Positions 32,354 through 44,680 of a DNA stretch of 64,000 bases are shown here, piece after piece. The notes beneath the pieces were generated by a model. The model saw nothing but the letters and a program-made list of their open reading frames with translations. It had not been told where the DNA came from and searched no databases. Made by a program: the position numbers and the translations under genes. Source of the DNA: Vairimorpha necatrix (Eukaryota); contig CP142731.1 in the NCBI GenBank assembly GCA_036630325.1, positions 186,001 to 250,000 of the forward strand, written 5' to 3'. Positions within the stretch are counted from its first letter, which is position 1, and every line of letters begins with the position of its first letter.

Positions 32354-33420
32354 ATTTCTAAAGTTTACTAAATCTAAATATTATAATTTTCACTATAAAA
32401 TTATTTATCTAAGAAAAGATAGTTCAATTTTATTAGATTTGAAATAATTGTTTCTTATCTTATTTTTTTCTTAATTTGTAATTCGGGGTTTTAGTAATAA
32501 ATTACATGTTCATAAAGTTTTATATACTTCAAAATACAAGTGAGCTTTTTCAAAACTCTAAAGTTGTTTTGATAAAGGACATGAAGATAAAGCATTTCCA
32601 GTATATATATTTTTAGTAAATTAATGTTGCTTATAATTTAAAACAATATCCTCAAAAAGCCAAAAAAGTTTAATAAAAAATCTAAAAATAAATAACATAG
32701 AAATTTACAAATTGATACAATTTTTTTTAAATCTATTATCATGTGGAAAAATTTTTGTCCGATTCGCTCTAAATGATCGTATAATTTAAGAGGTTAGTGT
32801 TTATTTTTTTATAAATTCATAATATTTTACTTGACAGACAATTAATATAATTCTAAATTAAAAATTAATAGAATATGATTTTTATTATTATGATATTATT
32901 TTATTCTTAGATGTCGAAGAAGATGATATTTTTGAGGAAACATGATTAAAGATGGAATATTTGGACTAAAATAAGAAAATAAATTTATATGTATGAATTA
33001 TGAAAAATCTTACTTTTAAAGATATAAAATTGATTATAAAGCATTAGATTACACGATTTTAGCAATTATTTAAATTTTAAGCTGTTTGGCACACTGTAGC
33101 TACATAAAAAACCCGATATGACAATTAAATTTTTTAAAAATTGATATCAATTGATAAACAAAGTAAACAATATTATTGTATAAATTTTAAGTTATTTAAT
33201 TTAAATTTTTGTAAATAATAGTTTAATAGCGTTATTTTAATTAATTTAATTTGTTTAATGATCACAACATTGATAAAAAATTCGATTTAATATCTAATTT
33301 AATTTAATATAATTTGTTAAATTATGTATTTCCGGCGAAAAAAATGAATTTTTAATTTATCATATATTTTAAACTTAACTATTTAAGCTTTTTATGTATT
33401 TACCCCATCAAACGAGGTCG

Positions 33421-35157
33421 ATGTTTTTTTATTATGGATTGTTTAGTTTTATGGCTACTATACATACGTCAAACTTTAATATGAAAAGTTTATTAGTTAA
33501 TATCATGACTATAAACTTTCATCCGAATTGCGATTATTCTACTGAAAAAATTTTTGATTCCGGCCTTTCCCCATACGATGTTAAATATATTGGAGCTTTT
33601 GTGTGGGAAGCATTAACAAATAATAAGGTGTTTAGTGAAGTTTTAAAAAATAATGGTTTGTATGATTCTATATATGAGGGGAAACATCCTGCCTATAAAA
33701 GATATATAAATCTTCTTTTATATACTTTTGATAGAGAATTAATAAATGATATACCCATTTATCAACAAAATCCTCCTAGTGATGAAGATTTTTTTGTTGT
33801 TCAATTGAAAGTATTTACTATAGATCTTCTTAGGTCGATACATTTATGTTATAATGATTTAACTCGAAGAAATCCTTTTAGATTAATCGCCCAAAAGTTA
33901 GTTGATGATAATTTATGTATTAGTGTTATCGATTTTAAAGAGCTTCCATCTGTGCATTACAGGAAGTGTGAAAAATTAAAAAATCTCTATATTATGTGTC
34001 ATGGACAATCTAATGAAACGGTTGAGACCCTTTTAGAAATAGAAAAAGCTGTAATATCTCCAGATGTATGCAAAGGATACGAAATAGGTTTTGATGATAT
34101 ATACTCCAAACGCATTATTGCTTATTATGAGCATTTTAAAAGGGCAAAAACTACAAAAGCCCAAAATATTTTAGCTTCTACTGTTCAAATTGATACTATT
34201 AGTTCGAATAATCATAATTTTATGAACGCTACTACTAATATTGATAATGTTATGAATACTACAACTACAGATAATTTTGATATATATACTACAGATAATT
34301 TTGATATATATACTACAGATAATTTTGATTTTTCTGAAGTTAATAATAATTTTATGAATACTATTAATGATACTTCTGATATACGTAATACTAGTACTAG
34401 TAGTTCTAATTTTATGAAGTCTACTAATAATATTGTGAATACTGCTGGAGATAATTCTGATATAAACACTAAAAATACTGATTTTATGAATGCTACTATT
34501 AAAAATAATGATAATATAATGAATACTACAACAACAGATAATTCTGATATATATACTACTAGTACGGGTAATGTTGATCTTATAAATCCTAAAAATTCTG
34601 ATAGTGATATTATTTTTAATACTAAAACTACAGATAATAATATTATATTTAATACTAGTACTGATAATTATGAATTTAAGAATGCTACTACTAAAAATAT
34701 GAATACCAAAATTTCAGACAATTCTGATTTATATACTACAAGTATGAGTAATTTTGATTTTTTGAATGCTAATAATGGTATTATAAATACTACTAAAGAT
34801 ACTTCTTATATACAGTCTACTAGTACTAATAGTTCTAATTATATGATTCCTACTAGTAATAGTGATAATATTATTGATACTACTGAAGATGTTTCTGATA
34901 TATATGGTACTATTAGAAATGGTTCTGATATTACGAGTGCCGCTAATAATATTGATAATTTTGAGAATATTACAACTACTGATAATTATGATAGTAAATT
35001 TATGGATAGTATGACCAAAACTAATATAAATGATATAATAAAAGCAGGAAACAATTTTCCATTGTTTACAGGAATCATTATGGCGTCAATACTGATAATT
35101 ACAGGATGCATTATTTTTTTGTATGTTTTCGACGAAAAAGAGAATATAACTTATTGA
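33421..35157 (+). CDS. Type-I membrane protein, 6-Cys head family, member 2 (family-type tail is out of frame and would end at 35201)
   Basis: ATG at 33421 follows CCCC. Conserved Cys domain, long T/N/D/S stalk with TTDNFDIY repeats, TM segment FPLFTGIIMASILIITGCIIF. Confidence 0.85.
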   Translation: MFFYYGLFSFMATIHTSNFNMKSLLVNIMTINFHPNCDYSTEKIFDSGLSPYDVKYIGAFVWEALTNNKVFSEVLKNNGLYDSIYEGKHPAYKRYINLLLYTFDRELINDIPIYQQNPPSDEDFFVVQLKVFTIDLLRSIHLCYNDLTRRNPFRLIAQKLVDDNLCISVIDFKELPSVHYRKCEKLKNLYIMCHGQSNETVETLLEIEKAVISPDVCKGYEIGFDDIYSKRIIAYYEHFKRAKTTKAQNILASTVQIDTISSNNHNFMNATTNIDNVMNTTTTDNFDIYTTDNFDIYTTDNFDFSEVNNNFMNTINDTSDIRNTSTSSSNFMKSTNNIVNTAGDNSDINTKNTDFMNATIKNNDNIMNTTTTDNSDIYTTSTGNVDLINPKNSDSDIIFNTKTTDNNIIFNTSTDNYEFKNATTKNMNTKISDNSDLYTTSMSNFDFLNANNGIINTTKDTSYIQSTSTNSSNYMIPTSNSDNIIDTTEDVSDIYGTIRNGSDITSAANNIDNFENITTTDNYDSKFMDSMTKTNINDIIKAGNNFPLFTGIIMASILIITGCIIFLYVFDEKENITY

Positions 35158-35363
35158 AAAAAAATAATAATAAGAGGAGAGCTAATATAGCATTAGTATA
35201 AAATAAACTTGTTTTTGGTTTATATTTTTTTTTTTTCTGATACCAAATTTTTAATTTTTGACATAAGTTCGAATCAATTTTTTTTGTGGTAAAAACTCAC
35301 CTATATTTTATTATTCTAATGTTTTTATTGTGTAATCTTAATGATCAAAAATGATAATATATA

Positions 35364-35524
35364 ATTTATTTGGTATAATATTCGGCTTATTAATTACTTT
35401 TCACAAGATACGCTTACAGTCTCATCTGGCAGTTCCAGGACTTCCTTTTGAGATTCACTCATTGGGCTCTCGAAACCCCCTTCCTGATCTGTATCAAGCC
35501 CATGTCTGGCTGGCATAGTTAGGC
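35364..35524 (-). mobile_element. Short retroposed element, copy B
   Basis: 23-bp TSD ATGATCAAAAATGATAATATATA at 35341-35363 and 35525-35547. Confidence 0.8.
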
Positions 35525-36149
35525 ATGATCAAAAATGATAATATATATTTATAGTTATCTTTAAATATTTTTTTATATTTTTATGTAAATTTTTAGGTGT
35601 CTTGTTTGGTTGGTTGTTTTTGGTAAAAAAACTTTTTTATACAATACATGCTCAACCGCTACTTTTAAATATTTGCCCCATATAAAAAACCTCAAAAAAA
35701 AGATATTAAATCTTTTGTTTTACAAATTTAAAAAAAAATTCGAGTGGGTCAGTGAAACGAAGTAAAGGTATTTTTTGTCGATTTGAATATTTATGATAGT
35801 CTTCTTAATGTTCAACATTAAGGAGACTATTAAGTAAATGAATGTCTGTGAAGATGTGTGTTTTAAAATCAATAAAGCAGCAATTGATTTTTTTTTGTTA
35901 ATGGTTTCTGAAACAATCGATTGCTTGCAGACATTGTTCGACCATAAAATGCATTGTTTTTTGTTTGACTTTGTTTGGATTTCGGCTACAGTGACGGTAA
36001 AGCTTATCGTCGTGCATATAAGAAGTGTTGTTCAATGAGCTCAATAAAAAATGGTACTAAGTCTAATAGATTATGCGTCTAATTCACAGAAACCAGCGCA
36101 TTTTATTGCTGAGCATTTAATTATACCACTTACTAGGCAATATATCCTA

Positions 36150-36730
36150 GCAAAATATGCGAAAACTCATATATAAAAACCAAGGATACATTGATGGATG
36201 TCATTGCTTCCTTTGGGGATGCTAGCTACCAAATTTGTTGACCTTCTGTTTGAGTAAAATTTATTGAAACTGAGATATGTAACTCGGTCATTGTATCTAA
36301 TCATTCTATAAATTTAAATTTTATGCCTAAAATTTATTAAATTATAGCCGATATTGTGGACTATTCGTTCTTGAATTACTTCTTAATTTAAAACTGCTAC
36401 TATTAAGATTTTTTTAGATGCAGAGTAAAACCTAGCTTTATAATAATTCTGATGGTTACCATCTGATCCTTCAGCCTCTAGAAATTTTGGAAGCGAATAC
36501 AATATAGTAAATCACTCGCTTGAATATATAGACGCAGATTGTAACCCCAAAAATCATATAGAAAATTTTTTGTCTCATTATAAGAATGGATTATAGGGAG
36601 AAGTATGCTTAATAGACATAAATTAATTTGTTTTATAAAAAATTTGTATGGAAAGAAAGAAATATCAAATATTACAAAAAATGATAATCATAGGCTCATT
36701 TTATAAAAAGTTAAGAATTTTGTAGATTAG
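36150..36730 (+). pseudogene. Merlin/IS1016-like transposase remnant
   Basis: Broken frames read SDGY, VNHSLEY and NHIENFLSH. Confidence 0.55.
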
Positions 36731-37653
36731 ATTGTACAATAAATTTCTTGTAGGTAAAATTTTTTTTTGAGAAAGGATCAAGAAATTGAAGTATTGACGA
36801 AAAATAAAATTCCAACACATTGTAAAATCTTAAGTATTACTTACTGATAGTTTAGACAAAAATTTATGCGCTCATTTTTAGTTAAATAAAACAAATACGC
36901 TGCAAAGATTTAAATTTTTTGGTCATTCAACTGACAAAATAATTTAAATTAATACTCCTATTCATATGAGCAATGATTATGAAATATATTACCGTCTTTG
37001 AGCAATTTTTAATTCCTCTGATGTGTTTTCTTTTGATAAGATTCATTATATTAAATATGCAATGTAGAATACTACTCATCGATTTCTTTTTCTTTCTGTA
37101 TTCTTTTGATTATTTAAAATATTATAATGTTGTTCCTTTCGAATTATATTATTCGGAAAAAGTACATTTGTTGTTACTTTGTGTTTTCTGATTAAAACAT
37201 TAATATTTATAATAACACTTTAAATTATAGTATTATGTTTAACATTCCGACTAAAATTTTCCATTATTTAGCAAGTTTAATTAATATAATGATGCAAGTA
37301 AATTTTGATCGATGGAAAAATAGAAAATAACAATAAAATAGTTTAGATATACATTAGTGTTTATAAAATCGATGTTCTGATACATAAACTATTGAGATTT
37401 ATAAAGTTTTAAAATTCAGGTTTCTTTATTTACATTTTATAGGTATTTTTTAATAATTTTCCCATTAATGATCGTATGTAATATTTATTAAAAAAATAAA
37501 TTAAAAAAGCAAAGATATTCTTGTTAAATACATCGATAACAATGAGCCTTTGCTATTCAATTAGAATTCCTATTAATTAAAATCATCTTATTTAACCCAA
37601 AATCTAATATATAACATTTTTACTTTTTTATTAAATCTTTTTTTGCCCCAATA

Positions 37654-38919
37654 ATGAGTTTATTGTTTCTATACTTGATTTATCTTGCTTTCATAGTCTC
37701 TACAATATTGTTAGATGCCTCACAGACAAATTGGATTGACGATATAACGAATATTAGCAGTGATCAATATTGCGATTTATTTGATAATCAAGTACACGGC
37801 TTTGGTATTTCAGAAAGTAACGTTAGATATTTAGCTGAATTTGTATGGCATACCTTAACTAGTAATAAGTTTTTTATTTATATTCTTAAGAAAAATAATA
37901 TAGCGATGTTTTTTAAAAATAACTATGAGAAATTGTATAATATGTATGTAGAAAACCTATTAACTAGATCACATATAAGTTATGTGCCGAATTTCTCGCA
38001 AAAACTACCTTTCAGTGAAGATCGCTTTATTTCCAATTTAATAATTACGACAAGAAATATCATATCATCCTTAAATATGTGCCATAAAGATTCTATTTAT
38101 ATTTCTGAATCGCGTATAAATACCATTCAAAATATAATTAATGATAATTTATGTTTTTTAAATGACGATGTCAATCAGCTCCCGTCTTTTTATTTTAGAA
38201 ATTGTAAGGGATTTTTAAAGCACTTTGTTGAATGTTATAAAGATCAATTAAAAAATTCTAAAATAAACTGGAAAGAAAATCATCCTTTTCTAAATACTAA
38301 TAAGTGCGTTTATTATAAATTTGGTCATGAATTTATGAAGAATACAACTGCAAATAGTAACAGCAATGAAAATGCAGAATATAATAATGTTAATGGAATT
38401 ATGAATACTGTCAGCACTTCTTTTTTCGATAATGCAATGAATGGCAACATTTTAAATAATTTAAACAGTATTTTTGAGAAAAAGAAAAATAATACTAATT
38501 TTATGAACACTGCGACTTCTAATATTTCTGATATCATAAATACTACAAGTACAATTTATTTAAATACTGAATCTGATAATCCTGATATTATGAATACTAC
38601 CACTACTTCTTTTATTGATACTGCCTCTGGTAATCCGGATATTATGAATAATGTGAACACTACTTTGGATACTTTCATTAATAGTACCAATTTTTTAAAT
38701 TCTAATCATTTTAATAATTCTGATCTTATGAATGAGATCTTTAGTTATAATGTAGATAGAAATACAACTTCGTGGAATTTCCACTATATAGTTGGAGTAT
38801 TTACAATTATAACACTACTTATTGTAGGAGGCATTAGGTTGTACCGTTATTGTAATCGAAAAACTAATAATAATGAATATAATTTAGCGGAAAGAGAAGA
38901 ACCGGAGACAAGTGTTTAA
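37654..38919 (+). CDS. Type-I membrane protein, 6-Cys head family, member 3
   Basis: CCCC before the ATG, signal peptide, WIDDITNISSDQYC, N/T-rich stalk, TM helix, tail EYNL...PETSV. Confidence 0.88.
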   Translation: MSLLFLYLIYLAFIVSTILLDASQTNWIDDITNISSDQYCDLFDNQVHGFGISESNVRYLAEFVWHTLTSNKFFIYILKKNNIAMFFKNNYEKLYNMYVENLLTRSHISYVPNFSQKLPFSEDRFISNLIITTRNIISSLNMCHKDSIYISESRINTIQNIINDNLCFLNDDVNQLPSFYFRNCKGFLKHFVECYKDQLKNSKINWKENHPFLNTNKCVYYKFGHEFMKNTTANSNSNENAEYNNVNGIMNTVSTSFFDNAMNGNILNNLNSIFEKKKNNTNFMNTATSNISDIINTTSTIYLNTESDNPDIMNTTTTSFIDTASGNPDIMNNVNTTLDTFINSTNFLNSNHFNNSDLMNEIFSYNVDRNTTSWNFHYIVGVFTIITLLIVGGIRLYRYCNRKTNNNEYNLAEREEPETSV

Positions 38920-41847
38920 AGACATCAACTAAAATTCTTATTTTTATCCTTTAAATATTATTTTCATATTATCTATGATTAGTAAATTAATTTTATTTTA
39001 TTAAGATTTCTAAAATTTCTTTGACAATCAAAAAACTCTGAGTAGTCATCAGTGGCTCTCTACTGGCGCTTGCATTTTTTCTTTTTTATAAATTTTTGCT
39101 AAAATTTTAAAAAATCGAAAACACAACAGGATCAATACATCATAGTCGAGAATAAAAATCTATTTTATCATGCTATTGCATGCATGGACTAAGTCGAACC
39201 CTAATTATTCAAGAAACTCTCTTTTTATGAATCTAAATGAGAGCTGTATTTATACTAAAATTTGGATAAGATCTAAATCAAACTTTGCTTTTGGCATACA
39301 TACAATTTATTGAACAAAGTCAAACCTTTTTTGTTCGCTTAGATCTTACTAAAGACCGAGAGGACAAATGGATGAAATATTAGATGCAGAGTAATCAAGC
39401 AGCTGCTAAAATGAGCCAAGTAAAATTGATATTCTAAATTTTTTGAGCTTACAAGCTAAATTCATCAAAGTGCTCATAGCAAGGTCCAACTTTATAGCCG
39501 ACTCGGATATGTCTGCTTTATAAGATATAAAATAATCGTAAACTAAAAATCAAATTATTACTTTGTTGTAAGTAAAAATATTTTTTTTTCTTTATTCGAA
39601 AAGTTATTTTAAGATTTATCTCACTTCTAAATATGCTAAAAGCATTTTAAGAACTTTGTATAAGGCGTATCGACCTAATTTCTATTTATTTATTTTCTTT
39701 GAAGGTACAAAAATAGCATGTTTTATATGATTCGTATCAATTTTACAAATTGTTTTATAATTAAACGAAAAACATCAAGGCTCCCCCTCAAGGCAGCAAA
39801 TAACTGAACAAAATTATATGATTTTAATGGTGTTGGCATATTTTTAATTTTCTATTTCATTATATATTGCATTGTCTTTTGTTACTCTTATTTGTATATG
39901 TTTGTGTATGGAATTAAAAATATTTGTGCATATCCTCAGACAATTTCCCGCAAAATTTCTAAAAATAATCGAATTATATAGTTTAGTTTAAGATTTATTT
40001 GTAATCATATATTTTTAGTTAATATGCAATTTTATTTTTTAGTGCAATCCTGTATTACAGCCATTCTGTGGGGAAATAATTTACTAAGTCTGATAAAAAT
40101 ATATACTATAATGACGAATTTTTTTATATATAAATTACGTGCATCAATGATAATGTAAAAGAATTGCATCAAAAAAAATCCCTGTTTTGTTAGGAACAAA
40201 CTAATCCACGTTCATCCTTAAAATAAACAAATACACAAAAGAATTCATAATTTTGAATTGTCTTATAATGATCTTTGTCTATCATATGAATCAAATTTGA
40301 AACACTCAAAATATCATTTCAAAACTACTTTTTATTTTAAGTTTTATATTTATAAAATCATAATTCGAATGATATTTAACGGTATTATGATATTACGTGA
40401 AATAAACTCAATTCTATTGTTATATTTGAAATCTCAGATTATTTTTTCGTATAGTTTAAAAAACTATTAGAATTAATGACCTGCTTTTAGTTCATTCAAT
40501 AATAATCTATATTTAGAAAAAATTAATTAGTATTTGTAAATTAAAATTATGATTTGAGGTACAATTATATTAAATGCCTTTATTTATTGTGCATGTATAT
40601 ATCAAGTACTGCTTTACCATTCATCTATCAATAAGAGTTTTTACGATCTAAACTTTTCTTACTTATACAATTAAAAAAAACTTTTTTGTATATAATTTTT
40701 AAAATATATTTTTTATGTGACCATTGAATTAATTTTGATGCTAAACTTTGCTTTAAATATTATTATTTTTTGTATTGTTAATGTAACTATGAATATTACA
40801 TAATATGACGTTCTCTATTCTTTATACGGCAATTTTTATGTATAATCAATAGAATTATTGAATATATGCAAAAAATAAGTCTTACAATGTTTCAAAATTA
40901 TAGGTTTCGGATAATGACAGTCTTAAGTTCATTAGTAAACTTCTTGCTTTTCTTCAAATCTTCCGATATTTTATAAATATCTCATTATCAATTTATAAAA
41001 TTCTAAAAATGTTGTTAGTATACAACACTCTCAATCTAACTTCTTTTTTCAGTACTTATAATGTCACTAAAACTAATTCATATAGTGTCGATATGTAGTA
41101 TCTTACTGTTCTTGTTCGAGTTTTCTACGCTATAGAGTTATATTCTAAATTAAACAACTGCGATTTGAAAAAAAAATATTTCAGGCTTTATAATGTGGCG
41201 TTTTTAAAAATAGGCATTATTGTTCGGTTAAATTTCTTAATAATACCTTGCTTAAATCGAATGTATTTTGACAATTACTTCTTTACAAGGATAATATTTA
41301 AAAGCGCAGCATTTAATGATTTTGTAATCTTTCTGGAGTTTTAAGATGTTAAGAAAATTCTAGAGGCAAAATACTATATGTTCGTCATAAGTGACGTGGC
41401 GCGATATAAAAATATGAGTTTTGTCTTGTCGGCTTGGATTTGTTAAGTTAATGCCAAATTTATTTTTTAATGAATTTAGATTAAATATATTTATATATAT
41501 ATATATATTTAATTCTTCATTATAGCTTCGGTGTTTCTATTTATTCTTGTTATAAACAAATTATATTAATTTTCTCATTGGACTCAGTTTATATAATTTT
41601 TTTAGTATGTACCTTATTTAGAGGAAAAGCTGTACTTTCATTGTTATTTTTAATTCTTTTTTTTATCGATATATGAACTAGTATGTATGATTTGGTTAAA
41701 TAAAACGTATATATATATTATAGTTCAAATTTATTGAATGATAGAAATAAAATGTTATACCCTACAAAGTAGATTGTTTACTCTAAATTTTTAATTTATT
41801 TCATTTAAAATTTAAAATATATATTTTCAATTTTTTTTACCCTTTTA

Positions 41848-43626
41848 ATGATATCGATACCTTTTAATTTTATATTATTTACTTTTATATCTATTGTACT
41901 AACAACAAACGTTAATCAAACTACCTTATTAAATGATATTATGAAGATAAATAAGCCTCCAAATTGCAATATACTAGATGCGCATGTACATGAAACCAAC
42001 CTTCTATCAAATGATATTCAATATATTGGTAAAATAATTTGGCATGCGTTAGTGGATAATAAGTTATTTAAACTTATTTTAGAAAAAAATGAATTAAGTA
42101 TTATTTTTAATAACAGAAGTGAGATTTTGACAAATAAATATCTCAATGGCCTTCTTTATAGTTTTAATGTTATTGAAATGCCGAGTAATATACCAGAAGT
42201 AATTGTTTATGAAAATTTTTTTATTGAACAGATGAGTACTGTGACGCTAGATATTTTTAGATCTTTAAATTTATGTCATAAAGAAACAATTAAAAATTCA
42301 AAATCAATAACTGATACAATTAAAGAAATTGTTGATAAAAATTTATGCCTCAAAATTTATAATGAAGATACGTTACCGATAATTTATTTTAGGAAATGTG
42401 AAGATCTTTCAAAATATTATGTTGAATGTCATAAAATATTCAATCAAGACATGAAAGAATGGTTTCAAGAAGACCAACAGTTTTTATCTCCAGATAGATG
42501 CATTGAATCCAATTTTGATAGTATATCTACCACTACAATAATTTATCCTGAAGCTGCAAAAAACATTATTATTACAAATAATTCCGTTCTGGTAAGTACT
42601 AATATTGACGAATTGAATACTGTAAATAATACTAAATCTGAAATTATGGATGCCACTACCACTGCTACTTTTGATAATTCTGACATTATAAATACTACTA
42701 TTGATGACGGATTGAATATCTCTAGAGTTACTTTGATTGATAATTTTACTACTATGAATAAAACTTCTATAGATACTATTGATTTGCCTTTAATTAATAC
42801 TTTAGATAATGTTACTACTATGAATAACACCGATTCTAATATTATGAATGTAAGTAAAGACACTGCAATTATTAATAAAATTATGGACATTACATATAAT
42901 GAAATTATTAAGGCCACTGCCGCCATTACTACTTTTGAGCCTGATTTTATTAATACTACTCATAATGATGTCCTGAGTACTACTACAGTTACATCTCTTG
43001 ATAGTTCTGATATTTTAAATCCTAATGATCTTGATATAAATAATGCCATTGCCTCTACTACTATCGATAGTTCTAAAATTATGGATATTATCAATCCAGA
43101 AACTATAAATGTCGATAACAATATTAATAATACCGATAGTTCTGATATTTTAAATACAAATGATGTAGCTCTTTTCAGTGGGGATATTTTAGATAACCCT
43201 TTAACTATTTCTAACTATTCTGATGTAACTGATACTACTACTAAGAACACTGAGATAATGACTTCTACTATTAATAATTCTGATATGTTGACTACTACTA
43301 TTGATACAAATTTCGAGGTATATAATAATACTATTCATAATGTAACTTCTGACATTTTGACTAATGCTACTGATGATTCAGATAATTTGAATATTACTAT
43401 TAGTAATAACATAGATTTTTTAGACAATATCTATCCATATAAAATTATTCAAGAAATAAGTTCCAATTCGGATTTAATTTATTATATTGGAGGAATGATG
43501 TTTTTCTTAATCCTAGTGATAATAGTATTTGTTTATTTTATATATCGCCGTGTAAGACATTATGATGGTAAAAGATATAAACTTATTGAAAAAAAAAGAA
43601 CTGAAGATGGTTTTTTGTACCTTTAG
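41848..43626 (+). CDS. Type-I membrane protein, 6-Cys head family, member 4
   Basis: CCC before the ATG, signal peptide, 6-Cys domain, long T/D/N stalk, TM segment YYIGGMMFFLILVIIVFVYFIY, tail RRVR...RYKLI. Confidence 0.88.
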   Translation: MISIPFNFILFTFISIVLTTNVNQTTLLNDIMKINKPPNCNILDAHVHETNLLSNDIQYIGKIIWHALVDNKLFKLILEKNELSIIFNNRSEILTNKYLNGLLYSFNVIEMPSNIPEVIVYENFFIEQMSTVTLDIFRSLNLCHKETIKNSKSITDTIKEIVDKNLCLKIYNEDTLPIIYFRKCEDLSKYYVECHKIFNQDMKEWFQEDQQFLSPDRCIESNFDSISTTTIIYPEAAKNIIITNNSVLVSTNIDELNTVNNTKSEIMDATTTATFDNSDIINTTIDDGLNISRVTLIDNFTTMNKTSIDTIDLPLINTLDNVTTMNNTDSNIMNVSKDTAIINKIMDITYNEIIKATAAITTFEPDFINTTHNDVLSTTTVTSLDSSDILNPNDLDINNAIASTTIDSSKIMDIINPETINVDNNINNTDSSDILNTNDVALFSGDILDNPLTISNYSDVTDTTTKNTEIMTSTINNSDMLTTTIDTNFEVYNNTIHNVTSDILTNATDDSDNLNITISNNIDFLDNIYPYKIIQEISSNSDLIYYIGGMMFFLILVIIVFVYFIYRRVRHYDGKRYKLIEKKRTEDGFLYL

Positions 43627-44249
43627 GAAATTATTTACATTCGTCATAGGATATCTCAATTGAGAAATGGCAACTAGTAATAAAAGTTTTGATTTTTTGA
43701 CTTATAAATATGGTTATAAAAAGATATCAACAAATAATTATATTAAGTTACAAAATTGTTAACCCTAAAAAAGTATTTTTAAAAATTTTTCTTTTAAACA
43801 AGAATTGTTCATCCAACTTGTATGTTAAATTTGTTTTACTAAAAAAAAACATATAATTACTTCACTTAATTTTTAATTATTTAAAGTACTTCAAATTGCT
43901 AAAAAATTTTAACGATTTTTAATAAAACATTGAGAATAAAAAATAGATGCAATTGTCAATCATTGTTTGGAATTTAAACAATATTATAATGGACAATAGA
44001 TGTTCGGCGAATTAGATTTGACATACGATCGCCGAAATATAACAAAAGCATTTTCAGAAATTGAATAATGAGTTTGCATATAATAATGCTTATTCCATAT
44101 TTACATAACCCCTTGTAAAAAAAATTTAATGCCTTATTTAATGACCTAGATAAAATTAGTCTTGCGGTAGTCAACATTCATTTTTATAACAACATTTCTT
44201 GTCTTTAATAAGGATTTTTGAAATCTAATAACATTATAAGAAGTTTAAA

Positions 44250-44680
44250 ACTCTTCTAAATGATTTTTGTCAAAAATAACAAATTAATATTATTATATAC
44301 AAAATTGGAGAGAAAAATATTAAGGTGATCGTATTGTTAAAGTAAAGACTAGAAAAGAATATCTTTTATGTCTTTCTTAAGTCTTTAATTAATTAACAAA
44401 AAAAATTTATATTTTTTTTTGGAATTCAAGTATATATTCCTTCAATGCATAGATATTAAGACAAATGAATTGAGAACATGATGGACTTTACTACGGGGCA
44501 TGAAGTTATAATGATCAAAATGTTTTGGTTTCTATTTTGAATCGTCGTTTGATGCTTTTGAGCATCCCACAACGGCATTGCGGATAAATGCTATTAATTT
44601 AAACAAAGAATAAGAGAAATGTATAAAAGAAAGATAACATTAATAAAAAACGAACTACAATAAAAAGTGGGATAAATCTT
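44250..44680 (+). pseudogene. Possible third Merlin-like transposase remnant
   Basis: Broken frames resemble IGE..IKV, WT...SYND and FEHPTT. Confidence 0.35.

Noticed and set aside
40800-41460. Possible decayed leucine-rich-repeat gene (also 20200-20860 and 24700-25200)
   Set aside because: The texture looks coding, but the frames are too broken to support any assignment by eye.
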